A stretch of 17,539 nt of DNA, from contig JBMORA010000015.1 in the NCBI GenBank assembly GCA_049320885.1, positions 1-17,539 on the forward strand. Reading direction: 5' to 3'. Under the pieces are notes generated by a model. The model was not told the DNA's origin and did not search any database. It worked only from the letters and a program-made list of their open reading frames with translations. The DNA is from Thermodesulfobacteriota bacterium (GTDB taxonomy: Bacteria > Desulfobacterota > Desulfobacteria > Desulfobacterales > SURF-7). Every line of letters begins with the position of its first letter. Within the stretch, counting starts at the first letter, position 1. The translations under genes were made by a program, and so were the position numbers. Below are positions 1-10,550 of this stretch, one piece after another.

Positions 1-340
1 CCGACAGCAAGACCCCTTTTTTTGCCGGCACAAAGGTCCCGTCGATGAAGGCCTCCCGGATATCTATTCCGCCTCTTTCATACAGGTCTTGTGCAAGCTT
101 TTGGGCGATGAGTCGAAAAGCTCCTTGCCGTACCCATTGCTGGAAGCGCCTGTGGCATGTCTGGTATGGCGGATACCTTGGCGGTAAATCTTTCCAGGGA
201 GCGCCGGTTCGCAAAATCCATAATATCCCGTTCATGACATCGCGGGGATCGCGTCCCTTGCGACCACGCGGGTCTTTTACTGGGGTTGTTGCAGTTATTA
301 TGGGCTCTACCAAATTCCATTGTTCGTTTGTAAGTTCCAT
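1..340 (-). CDS. IS5-family transposase, N-terminal OrfA (DUF4096-type), partial; not in the ORF track because it runs off the window
   Basis: Manual translation from ATG at 340: [73 protein letters not shown]...[14 protein letters not shown]. The [13 protein letters not shown]..Y....TCHRRFQQW and IDGTF..AKKG segments are typical IS5 OrfA motifs. Confidence 0.92.
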   Translation of the reverse strand, partial: MELTNEQWNLVEPIITATTPVKDPRGRKGRDPRDVMNGILWILRTGAPWKDLPPRYPPYQTCHRRFQQWVRQGAFRLIAQKLAQDLYERGGIDIREAFIDGTFVPAKKGVLLS

Positions 341-433
341 CCTAATTATATTGCATATTCAGGACGTTATGTCTAGTTTTATTTTAAATATTTTTAATCA
401 GTTACAACACGCTGTATTTGAAAGACTTTTTAG
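1..433 (-). mobile_element. IS5-family insertion sequence (IS427-group-like), left end; continues beyond window start
   Basis: Transposase OrfA on the minus strand, with an AT-rich ~90-bp upstream segment. Candidate terminus reads CTAAAAAGTCTTTCAAA on the minus strand around 417-433. The exact end cannot be confirmed without the other inverted repeat. Confidence 0.8.
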
Positions 434-513
434 TCAATTACGCGACGACGTCGCTCCCGGCATGGTTAAGTTTTTTTTTGAGATAGCTTGTAATATTCCA
501 TATTAAATTCCCC

Positions 514-546
514 CTCCTGTCTCCTGGCTTCTGGCTTCTGACTCCT
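514..546 (+). repeat. Heptamer tandem repeat, consensus CTYCTGN, ~4.7 copies
   Basis: CTCCTGT CTCCTGG CTTCTGG CTTCTGA CTCCT read directly. Confidence 0.85.
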
Positions 547-557
547 CCCCTCCCCTC

Positions 558-1067
558 CTACCCTGCCCCGAATGCCATCATGCTGCCGGTCTCGCAATAG
601 TGCTTCAGCAACCGGGAAAGAGTGGCGGCCGTCACCAGCATCTTTTCCCGTATGGTCTGGTCCGGGATTGCATGCATGGTCTGGTCAAGGGTGGTCAAGG
701 TCATGTCCCAGCGGCAGGATGACCGGGACGCGCCTGTTTCCGTGACCGTGAGATCGATGGTCATGATGCCGGCATCGCCGATGAGGAGTACGAATTCGAT
801 GCGCCCCGCATCCGGATCATGCACCGTGGTGATCCAGAAGGTCGTCAGCGGCGTATCCGTCAAGAAAGGCCCGGACAGATACTCCTTGAACATGCAATGT
901 TTCTCGTTCACGCCGCTTACGGAATAGATCATCGCATGCTGCTTGTCCCAGCCCTCGATCCATTTCAATTCAGCCGTGGGGCATAACAGCGGAAAAATGC
1001 TCCGGGCCGATGCATGGATCCTTTCCTCATGGCGGCATGCAATCCGTTTCGCGTTCATGTGCTCCAT
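558..1067 (-). CDS. Hypothetical protein, probably SRPBCC/START-like ligand-binding fold
   Basis: ORF 558..1103. The likelier start is ATG 1067 (MEHMNAK), preceded by AGGAGG. The N-terminal 'IHASARSIFPLLCPTAELKWIEGWD' pattern and C-terminal helix 'LSRLLKHYCETG' resemble SRPBCC proteins; fold call is inference. Confidence 0.7.
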   Translation of the reverse strand: MEHMNAKRIACRHEERIHASARSIFPLLCPTAELKWIEGWDKQHAMIYSVSGVNEKHCMFKEYLSGPFLTDTPLTTFWITTVHDPDAGRIEFVLLIGDAGIMTIDLTVTETGASRSSCRWDMTLTTLDQTMHAIPDQTIREKMLVTAATLSRLLKHYCETGSMMAFGAG

Positions 1068-1106
1068 CGTGCTTCCCTCCTTTTCATTTCCCTGATCCGT
1101 CATGTA

Positions 1107-1146
1107 ATTCTGTCTCCTGTCTTCTGACTCCTGACTCCTGACTCCT
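1107..1146 (+). repeat. Heptamer tandem repeat, consensus CTYCTGW, ~5.7 copies
   Basis: ATTCTGT CTCCTGT CTTCTGA CTCCTGA CTCCTGA CTCCT read directly. Confidence 0.9.
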
Positions 1147-1204
1147 TATTTCACCCACAATACCCCCAACCGCCCCGTCCGTATCGCTGAATGACGAAAA
1201 TAAA

Positions 1205-1232
1205 TTGATCTTTCGCGCTGACATGGCATAAT
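1205..1232 (+). promoter_or_regulatory. Candidate sigma70 promoter for the AraC regulator
   Basis: TTGATC (1205-1210), 16-bp spacer ending in TGG, then CATAAT (1227-1232), giving an extended -10 TGn. Confidence 0.4.
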
Positions 1233-1268
1233 GCCGGCCATCATCGCTCCCGAAACAGGATGGTTCCC

Positions 1269-2273
1269 ATGCAGCGCACCACGTCGGTGGGTTTGATTCA
1301 AATGGTGTTGAAATTCGTGGAGGAATCCGGCATCGATCCCCGGGTCCTGCTGGAGGAGACCGGCATCGCCTCCGGGATATTGGATGACCCGGACGCCCGG
1401 ATCGCCGTGGCCCGGGTGGACGCTTTGTGGGCCGCGGCGGTAGCCGGGACCCGCGATCCCCATTTCGGACTGCATCTGGGTGAATCCATGCGGAACCGAC
1501 CCGGCGGGAATCTCCTCTTCGCCATATTTATGAACAGTCCCACGGTGGGGGTGGCCCTGGAAAAATTCTGCCGCTACCATCACCTTCTGAACGATGCGAT
1601 CCAGCCGAAAGTGGCAGCGGAAGCCGATCTGGTATTCCTTTACTGGGAAGCCGCCGATCCCCATTCAAGGTCCTCCCGGCATGTTTCCGAAGCCCTGTTG
1701 TGTGTTTTGAACGCCGTGCTCCACCATCTCAGCGGCGGGAAGTTCACTCCCGTTGCCGTGCATTTCCGGCACGACCGGCCACGGGACATCCGGGAGCATG
1801 AGCGGATTTTCAACACACGCCTGGAGTTCGGCCAGGCCCGGAACGCCGTAGTCCTGGAGCGGCGCTATCTGGCAACGCCGGTGTTTCTTGCCGATCCCGG
1901 CTTCCTGGAAAGCGTCGAGCGCCACGCCGTGGCTCTGACGCATCGGATCTATTTGGCGGATTCCTGGGCCGACAAAGTAATCCGTCTGCTCGGCCGGCAA
2001 CTGCCCGGTGAAAAACCGGCGCTCCCTGCCATTGCCCGGCAACTGGGCGTATGTACCCGCAGCCTGCAAACCCGGCTGCGCGGGGAGGGAACCTCGTTTC
2101 AGGCCTTACTGGATTGGGTCCGGAAGGAATCGGCGCTGACCTATCTGAAAAAACCGGAAATCCCCCTCGGCGAGATTGCCTTCCTGCTGGGATTTTCAGA
2201 GCAGAGCGCCTTTATTCATGCTTTCAAACGCTGGACCGGCAAAACCCCCAAGCAGTATCGGAACCATAGATGA
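1269..2273 (+). CDS. AraC-family transcriptional regulator (long N-terminal ligand-binding domain type)
   Basis: C-terminal double HTH: 'LPAIARQLGVCTRSLQTRLRGEGTSF...EIAFLLGFSEQSAFIHAFKRWTGKTPKQYR'. Start 1269 preferred over 1260 because AGGA lies at 1257-1260. Confidence 0.95.
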   Translation: MQRTTSVGLIQMVLKFVEESGIDPRVLLEETGIASGILDDPDARIAVARVDALWAAAVAGTRDPHFGLHLGESMRNRPGGNLLFAIFMNSPTVGVALEKFCRYHHLLNDAIQPKVAAEADLVFLYWEAADPHSRSSRHVSEALLCVLNAVLHHLSGGKFTPVAVHFRHDRPRDIREHERIFNTRLEFGQARNAVVLERRYLATPVFLADPGFLESVERHAVALTHRIYLADSWADKVIRLLGRQLPGEKPALPAIARQLGVCTRSLQTRLRGEGTSFQALLDWVRKESALTYLKKPEIPLGEIAFLLGFSEQSAFIHAFKRWTGKTPKQYRNHR

Positions 2274-2278
2274 GGGAG

Positions 2279-2350
2279 AGCTGATAGGGGAATAGCTGAT
2301 AGGGGAATAGGTGATAAGGTTGTTTTTCCTATAGCCTATAGCCTATCCCC

Positions 2351-2354
<4 letters not shown>
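2279..2354. terminator. Repeat-built inverted structure between convergent genes; candidate bidirectional terminator
   Basis: AGCTGATAGGGGAAT x2 plus AGGTGATAAGG, then CCTATAG CCTATAG CCTATCCCCCTAT. The arms are partly complementary (GATAGG/CCTATC, ATAGGGG/CCCCTAT) and lie between the stops at 2273 and 2351. Confidence 0.5.
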
Positions 2355-4459
<2,105 letters not shown>

Positions 4460-4481
4460 TTCTTCCTCTCCCAACAACGGA

Positions 4482-5645
4482 TCAGCGATTGGCTTTCCGG
4501 ATCCCCAGCTCATCGAGGGCGATGATCTGTTTGCAGATATTGGCCGAGCCCTCGACGATCACATAGGTCGGGATGTCGCGGTAGTAACGGGCCAGCCGGT
4601 ATTCCGTGGAGTAGCCGTAGGCGCCCATGATGCGCATGGCATGGCTCGCGCACTTCATGGCGGTTTCGCCGGCGAAATATTTGGCCTGGGCCACCTCGAA
4701 CCCGTTGCCGGTGAAGCCCCGGTCTTTCTGGCAGGCGGCTTTGTACACCAGGAGTCTGGCAGCCTCGACTTCGGCGGACATCTGGGCGATGAGGTCCTGG
4801 TTCATCTGAAACTGGCCGATGGCCTGGCCGAACTGCTTCCGTTCGCTGCAATATTGCACGGCTGTTTCCAGGCAGGCCTGGGCACAGCCAACGGCCCCGG
4901 CGGCCGCGGAAAGCCGGGTCTGGTTGAGGGAATGGAAGACGATCCTGGCGCCATCCCCGGGCTGGCCCAGGATGTTTTCCTTGGGCACCCGTGTGTCGGT
5001 GAAAAACAGTTCCCCGGTGGGGGAGGAATGGGAGCCCAGTTTGGCAAGCTGGGTGGTCTTGATCCCCTTGAAATTCTTGGGCTCCACGATGAAGGCGGAA
5101 AGCCCCTTGCCCCTTTTGGAACGATCCGTATAGGCGTAGCAGATGATCACGTCCGCCACATGGGCGTTGGAAATCCAGGTCTTGGAACCGTTCAACAGCC
5201 AGTGGTCGCCTTTGTCCTCGGCCACGGTCTCGATGGCCATCACGTCCGATCCCGCATTGGGCTCGGTGATGGCGAAGCCGCCCAGGTATTCGGCCTTGCA
5301 GAGTTTGGGCACATATTTCCGCTTCACTTCTTCCCGGGCGTATAGATAAATGGGATAGGCGCAGCCGAGTTCCAGCAGGTTGTATTGCACGCGCAGCGAG
5401 CTGGACACCCTGGCGATTTCCTCCGTGATGATCACCGCGGCCAGGAATCCCATGTTCACCCCGCCGTATTCCTCGGGAATGACGGCACCGAAAAAGCCAA
5501 GTCCGCCCAAGGGCCGGATGACCTCCTCGATGGGCAGATAATGCGTTGCGTCCCATTCATCCACATGGGGGGCGATCTTTTCCGCGGCGAATTTCCGAAT
5601 CTCCTTGCGGAGCATTTCATGTTCCTTTGATAGCTGGAAGTCCAT
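4482..5645 (-). CDS. acd: Acyl-CoA dehydrogenase, non-decarboxylating glutaryl-CoA dehydrogenase (Acd)-like
   Basis: ACAD motifs ITEPNAGSD, LNGSKTWISNA, RKQFG and AYGYSTEY. As I recall the Desulfococcus multivorans Acd sequence, it is similar end to end, including SSLRVQ (carboxylate-binding Arg-Val), VEGSANICK and the terminal RKANR. Confidence 0.85.
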   Translation of the reverse strand: MDFQLSKEHEMLRKEIRKFAAEKIAPHVDEWDATHYLPIEEVIRPLGGLGFFGAVIPEEYGGVNMGFLAAVIITEEIARVSSSLRVQYNLLELGCAYPIYLYAREEVKRKYVPKLCKAEYLGGFAITEPNAGSDVMAIETVAEDKGDHWLLNGSKTWISNAHVADVIICYAYTDRSKRGKGLSAFIVEPKNFKGIKTTQLAKLGSHSSPTGELFFTDTRVPKENILGQPGDGARIVFHSLNQTRLSAAAGAVGCAQACLETAVQYCSERKQFGQAIGQFQMNQDLIAQMSAEVEAARLLVYKAACQKDRGFTGNGFEVAQAKYFAGETAMKCASHAMRIMGAYGYSTEYRLARYYRDIPTYVIVEGSANICKQIIALDELGIRKANR

Positions 5646-5672
5646 TTTCCCTTTTCCTTTCCTGTCGAAGGC

Positions 5673-6923
5673 TCACTTGTTCCGGCTGTTTTCCAGGACG
5701 GCGGCGATCCCCAGCCCGCCCCCGCCGCAGATGCATTCCAGACCGTAACGGGCACCGCTTCGCTGCATTTCGTGCAGCAGCGTCACCAGCACGCGTGTCC
5801 CGGTACAGGCGATGGGATGACCGAGGGATATGCCCGAACCGTTCACGTTCACCCTGGCGTAATCCTCCGGCCCGATGCCCATGTGTTTCAAATCCGCCAG
5901 CACCTGGGCGGCAAAGGCCTCCTGGATTTCGATGAGATCCATCCGGCGGATATCCAGTCCCGCCATGGCGAGCGCTTTTGCAACGGCGCGCGGGACGGTC
6001 ATGAACGTGCGCCGGGGGTCGTCGCCCGCCACGGCGCTGGAACGAAAAACGGCCAATGGCGAAATCCCGAGTTCCGCCGCTTTCTCGGCGGATGTCACCA
6101 GCACCGCGGCGGCCCCGTCGTTTTCCGTGGAGGAATTTCCGGCGGTGCAAACCCCTCCCAGAACCGGTTTCAGGCGCGCCAGTTGTTCCATGGTGGTATC
6201 CGCACGCGGGTTTTCATCCCGGTCGACAATGGCGGGCGCGCCTTTGTCCCCTGGCACTGGGACGGCCACCATTTCCTCCGCGAACTTGCCGTTCTCCATG
6301 GCGGCGCAGGCCTTGCGATGACTGGCAAGGGCCCAGCTGTCGCAGGCTTCCCGGGAGATGCCTTCTTCCTCGGCAGCGGTTTCCGCCCAGGACATCATGG
6401 CCGGCAGGACGCCGTACCGTGCTTCGGGCTGCGACATGACCCGCGCGCGCTGGATCCGGTCGTAAAACGGTAGCCCCCATATATTCAGATCCCCGTGGCC
6501 CCGGGGCATGCCTTTGCCGCCGCCGAGGCCCCATTTGATGTTTCCCGGAAGATAGAATTCCGCGTTGCTCATGCTTTCCACTCCGCCGGCCGCAACGATT
6601 TCCGCCTGGCCGGTCCGCACCAGGGATGCGGCGAAACGGACCACATCGAGACCGGTGCAGCACCTCCGATCAATGGTGATGCCGGGAACGGCTTCCGGCC
6701 AACCGGCGGTAAGCAGCGCCATGCGCGCGATATTCACGTATTCCCCGTTCTGATAGGATTGCCCCATGATCACTTCATCCACCCGATCGGGCGACAAACC
6801 GATTCTCCGGACAACCTGAGTAAGCACCAGGGCTGCGAGATCATAGGCCGCAACCGTCCTCAATGCCCCCATGTAACGGCCCACGGGGGTTCGAACCGCG
6901 CTGATAATCACCACCTCTTTCAT
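5673..6923 (-). CDS. Thiolase (acetyl-CoA C-acyltransferase family), atypical motifs
   Basis: AVRTPVG, active-site RRCCTG, GGVESMS, TAGNSS.ENDGAAA, QEAF, GISLGHPIACTG and CICGGGG. Confidence 0.95.
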   Translation of the reverse strand: MKEVVIISAVRTPVGRYMGALRTVAAYDLAALVLTQVVRRIGLSPDRVDEVIMGQSYQNGEYVNIARMALLTAGWPEAVPGITIDRRCCTGLDVVRFAASLVRTGQAEIVAAGGVESMSNAEFYLPGNIKWGLGGGKGMPRGHGDLNIWGLPFYDRIQRARVMSQPEARYGVLPAMMSWAETAAEEEGISREACDSWALASHRKACAAMENGKFAEEMVAVPVPGDKGAPAIVDRDENPRADTTMEQLARLKPVLGGVCTAGNSSTENDGAAAVLVTSAEKAAELGISPLAVFRSSAVAGDDPRRTFMTVPRAVAKALAMAGLDIRRMDLIEIQEAFAAQVLADLKHMGIGPEDYARVNVNGSGISLGHPIACTGTRVLVTLLHEMQRSGARYGLECICGGGGLGIAAVLENSRNK

Positions 6924-6967
6924 CGTCCATGTCTCCCGTATCGGTTAGGCGGTTACCCGCCTGCTTT

Positions 6968-8755
6968 TCAGAAAGCGCTGTCCGGGAAGGCGACAATTTC
7001 ACGGCCTGGGCGCAGGCATGACTGCATGGTGGCCAGGATATGCGGCAAGGTGATGTCCGCGAAATATGTCGCCTGGAATACCTTCCCCCGGTAAAAATCA
7101 AATTGCTTCCCGCTTTTCAGGGACGATTCATACGCGATCAGGGCCATGTCCAGGAGCCGCCATACCAGGATGATCTCACTGAATACCATCAAAGCCGGAA
7201 ACGTATGGGAAGCCCATTGCAGCGGATCGGAGGACATGAGTTCCATGAGCTTACGCGCGCCTGCGCATACCTTGCCGGCAGCGCCGGATAGGTCCCGGAC
7301 CTTGCCGCCGAGTCCCGGATGATCCGCGTGCCGGTCACAAAATGCGGCAATTTCCTTTTGAAAGGCCATAAAAGGTGCTCCGCCTTGCATCGTCATTTTC
7401 CGGCCCATGAGATCGATGGACTGAATCCCGTTGGTGCCTTCGTACAAGGAGAGGATTTTCACATCCCGTAGATATTGCTCCTGGGGATATTCCTTGCAGA
7501 AGCCGTATCCGCCGTAGCACTGCATGGCGGTTTCGCAGACCCGGAAGGCCATGTCAGAGCAATAACTTTTAATGATCGGCGTCATGAATTCCGTGAGACC
7601 GCGGTAATGCTTTTTTTCTTCGCCTTCCGGCAGCGCCCTGGCGAGATCCGCCCAGTACATGCCGGAATACACCATGGAGCGCATGCCGTCCACCACGGCC
7701 TTCATCCACAGCAGCATCCGGCGCACATCCGGGTGGTCGATGATGGGCACGTTGCCCGCTTTCCGGTGCCCGATATCCCGGCCCTGAATTCGTTCCCGGG
7801 TATAGGCGACGGCGTTCCGGTAGGCGGTGGATGCGACTCCAAGACCCGCGACCCCCGTGTTGATCCTGGCCGCGTTCATCATCTGGAACATATGGGCCAG
7901 CCCCATGTTCTCCTCACCGCAAAGATACCCGACACAGTCGTCGCGGGTTCCAAAATGAAGGGTGCAGGTGGGTGAAGCGTGGATGCCGAGCTTCTCCTCG
8001 ATTCCGCTGCAAACCACATCATTGGCGCCCATAACAACGCCCTCCGCGTTCACCCGGTTTTTGGGAACAATGAACAGGGAAATCCCCTTGACGCCCGGGG
8101 GGGCGCCCTCGATTCGCGCCAGGACCAGGTGAACGATATTGTCCGTCATGTCATGATCGCCCCAGGAAATGAAAATCTTGGCGCCCTTGATTTTGAAATG
8201 ATTTCCCGCACGACTGGCGATGGTGGTGATCTCCGCCAGGTTGGAGCCCGCGTCCGGCTCGGTGAGGCACATGGTGCCCGACCAGATGCCGCCGAGCATC
8301 CTGGGCACGTACACTTTCTTCAGGTCGGCGGCCGCGAAACTGTCGATCAGATGCGCGGCGCCCCTGGTAAGCCCCAGGGCCATATTGAACCCCTGGCAGG
8401 CGCCGTAAAACAAGTCGTTTTTGACGATGGTCAGCAGATTGGGGAAGGCCTGGCCGCCGCACTCCTCATCCAGATCCACACCGATCCAGCCGTCTTTTCC
8501 GGATTGGCGGAATGCTGCTGCAAATTCCGGCGGCACCCTGACAATCCCGTTCTCGAACCGCGGGCCGGGGTTTTCACCGAGTTCCTGCAGCGGATCCACA
8601 ACCCCTTTGGCAAACCCGATCGCCTCGTTCACCAGCAGATCCAGGGTTTTTTCGTTCAGCTCCCTGTAACGCTCCAATTCACACAGGGAGCCGTAGCGAA
8701 GCTGCTCTTTCAAAATAAAGAAAATATCTTTCGGGTTGACGGCAAAATGTCCCAT
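6968..8755 (-). CDS. Large (~600 aa) acyl-CoA dehydrogenase, substrate unknown
   Basis: GTMCLTEPDAGS, KIFISWGDHD, GISLFIVPK, EEKLGIHASPTC, HPDVRRML, GGYGF and YEGTNGIQ (catalytic Glu). Confidence 0.95.
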   Translation of the reverse strand: MGHFAVNPKDIFFILKEQLRYGSLCELERYRELNEKTLDLLVNEAIGFAKGVVDPLQELGENPGPRFENGIVRVPPEFAAAFRQSGKDGWIGVDLDEECGGQAFPNLLTIVKNDLFYGACQGFNMALGLTRGAAHLIDSFAAADLKKVYVPRMLGGIWSGTMCLTEPDAGSNLAEITTIASRAGNHFKIKGAKIFISWGDHDMTDNIVHLVLARIEGAPPGVKGISLFIVPKNRVNAEGVVMGANDVVCSGIEEKLGIHASPTCTLHFGTRDDCVGYLCGEENMGLAHMFQMMNAARINTGVAGLGVASTAYRNAVAYTRERIQGRDIGHRKAGNVPIIDHPDVRRMLLWMKAVVDGMRSMVYSGMYWADLARALPEGEEKKHYRGLTEFMTPIIKSYCSDMAFRVCETAMQCYGGYGFCKEYPQEQYLRDVKILSLYEGTNGIQSIDLMGRKMTMQGGAPFMAFQKEIAAFCDRHADHPGLGGKVRDLSGAAGKVCAGARKLMELMSSDPLQWASHTFPALMVFSEIILVWRLLDMALIAYESSLKSGKQFDFYRGKVFQATYFADITLPHILATMQSCLRPGREIVAFPDSAF

Positions 8756-8820
8756 GGATTGCTCCGTATTCTCATCAAATCCTCGCCAACTGACCGTATT
8801 CGTAACGATAATTATTTTTT

Positions 8821-8837
8821 TGCACCATGGTTGCCGA
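8821..8837 (-). promoter_or_regulatory. Candidate sigma54 (-24/-12) promoter of the beta-oxidation operon
   Basis: Minus strand reads TCGGCAACCATGGTGCA: GG-N10-GC spacing, close to consensus YTGGCACGNNNNTTGCW, ~65 bp upstream of ATG 8755. Confidence 0.45.
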
Positions 8838-9200
8838 CTTCACCGCCTGTCCGGCCGGCTTGCTTTCCACACATCGGTTTTATTCATATTTATATCATCA
8901 CAGCGCCTTTAGCGCGCTTCCAGCAACCAGAATAATCCTCTATATTTCATTTGACGAAAATTATCTACATCAATAGGAAGAGCTATATGACACGCTACCC
9001 GTTCTGGGAAGCTACATCGATTACTCCAAAAAAGAATTGATCCAAACCCGGGATGGTCGCTGTAGTTATAAATTCGTATCCTACATAGCTAAACCCTGCG
9101 TTTCCTTCCGGTCGGCTTTATGAATCGCTTTGATACAGCAGATTGTTGCAACAGATTGCCCCGAATCACTCGAATTTTTAACAATATGGACCCCATCCTT

Positions 9201-9232
9201 CATTCGTAATTCGTCATTCGTAATTCGTAATT
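9201..9232 (+). repeat. Heptamer tandem repeat (C/A)ATTCGT, ~4.5 copies
   Basis: CATTCGT AATTCGT CATTCGT AATTCGT AATT read directly. Confidence 0.9.
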
Positions 9233-9359
9233 GATTTTATATGGTCATGGAAATTTTTCTGGACATATCGCCCGCCTGCGTATTATCTTTCGATCGATTT
9301 GGTTGCAATGTTTATAATAATGAACAGGTGGTATTTCACGGGAAGCATTTGGAGGGAAA

Positions 9360-10307
9360 ATGTTGTTTGGGAAATACACCTTCACTTGTAGGCTGGATAC
9401 GGATGCGGAACTCCCGGCTTACAAGGGCTCCACCTTCCGGGGCGTGTTCGGCCGGGCCTTGAAAAAAGTGGTCTGCGCCCTGCCCCGGAACGATTGCGGC
9501 CCCTGCCTGCTCAAGAACAAATGCATCTATGTGCAGGTCTTTGAAACTCCCGGGGCCGATTCACCGGAAGGCCGGGCCGGCAACAACTCCCGACCCCATC
9601 CCTTTGTCATCGAACCGCCGCTGGCCTCGGACACGCGTTTTTCCGCCGGCGCTCTCCTGGACTTCAACCTGCTGCTCTTCGGACCGGCCAACGACTACCT
9701 GCCCTACTTCATTTACGCCTTCCAGCAGATGGGAATCATCGGTATCGGCCGGAAGATCGCCGGGCGAAGGGGCGCCTTCACGCTTCAACAGGTCGCCTTC
9801 AACGGCCGGCCCATTTACGCTTTGAAGGATCAGCAGCTGCGCATGCCGCCCGAGCATGACACGCTGACACTGGACATGGCCTGCCCGCATCCGGATGCGG
9901 AGAGCCGTCTCGGGATCACTCTGGAAACCCCGTTGCGGCTGAAGTTCAACAACCGCCTGAAGGCCGACCTGCCTTTTCACGTTCTGGTGCGGGCCATGCT
10001 GCGCCGGGTTTCAACATTGATGCAGCATTACGACGGCGGTGAACCGGACCTGGATTATCCGGGCCTTGTCCACCGGGCCGAATCCGTGCGGATCATCCGC
10101 GATGAAACCGCCTGGCTGGACTGGCGGCGCTATTCCTTCCGCCAGGAGCAGGAAATGCTCATGGGCGGCATGACCGGTTCTGTCATGTATGAAGGGAAAA
10201 TCGGCGAATTCCTGCCGCTCATCGCCTTTGCCGAACAGGTCCACCTGGGCAAGCAGACCACCTTCGGTCTGGGCAGGATCAAGGCGGATGCCCACATTGC
10301 GGAGTGA
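9360..10307 (+). CDS. cas6: CRISPR pre-crRNA processing endoribonuclease Cas6
   Basis: YKGSTFRGVFG, four-Cys insert (CALPRNDCGPCLLKNKC), PHPFVIEPP, LETPLRLK, MGGMTG and the C-terminal G-rich loop HLGKQTTFGLG. Directly precedes the leader and array; RBS GGAGG. Confidence 0.95.
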   Translation: MLFGKYTFTCRLDTDAELPAYKGSTFRGVFGRALKKVVCALPRNDCGPCLLKNKCIYVQVFETPGADSPEGRAGNNSRPHPFVIEPPLASDTRFSAGALLDFNLLLFGPANDYLPYFIYAFQQMGIIGIGRKIAGRRGAFTLQQVAFNGRPIYALKDQQLRMPPEHDTLTLDMACPHPDAESRLGITLETPLRLKFNNRLKADLPFHVLVRAMLRRVSTLMQHYDGGEPDLDYPGLVHRAESVRIIRDETAWLDWRRYSFRQEQEMLMGGMTGSVMYEGKIGEFLPLIAFAEQVHLGKQTTFGLGRIKADAHIAE

Positions 10308-10550
10308 CAGGCGCGATCGGCCGAGAATTTGTTATATTTTATATAAATTCATGTGGTTGATCGGATTTATTCCGGACCCCCAAAAACAGGGTAGGTTACA
10401 GGAATCCGGTATCTGATTGTTTTTACGGTTTAATATGGTATGGATGATGATCGAACCCGGACGTTTTTCAGCAAAAACAAGACGCCAAAATGGAGGTTAC
10501 AGGAAAATGGCATATAACCAACTGAATCAATTTCATTTAAAAATGGTACT
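10308..10550 (+). promoter_or_regulatory. CRISPR leader
   Basis: AT-rich, non-coding and adjacent to the non-degenerate end of the array. Carries a duplicated AGGTTACAGGAA motif and an IHF-like site. Confidence 0.85.

Noticed and set aside
45..506. 153-aa plus-strand ORF (and the 78..320 minus ORF)
   Set aside because: Antisense or off-frame shadows of the IS5 transposase, whose true frame starts at 340 on the minus strand.
8941..9123. Protein-like frame (..ENYLHQ*EELYDTLPVLGSYIDYSKKELIQ..) and a 17-codon ORF MTRYPFWEATSITPKKN
   Set aside because: Could be a gene remnant, but there is no recognisable family and it is interrupted by a stop; unsupported without a homology search.
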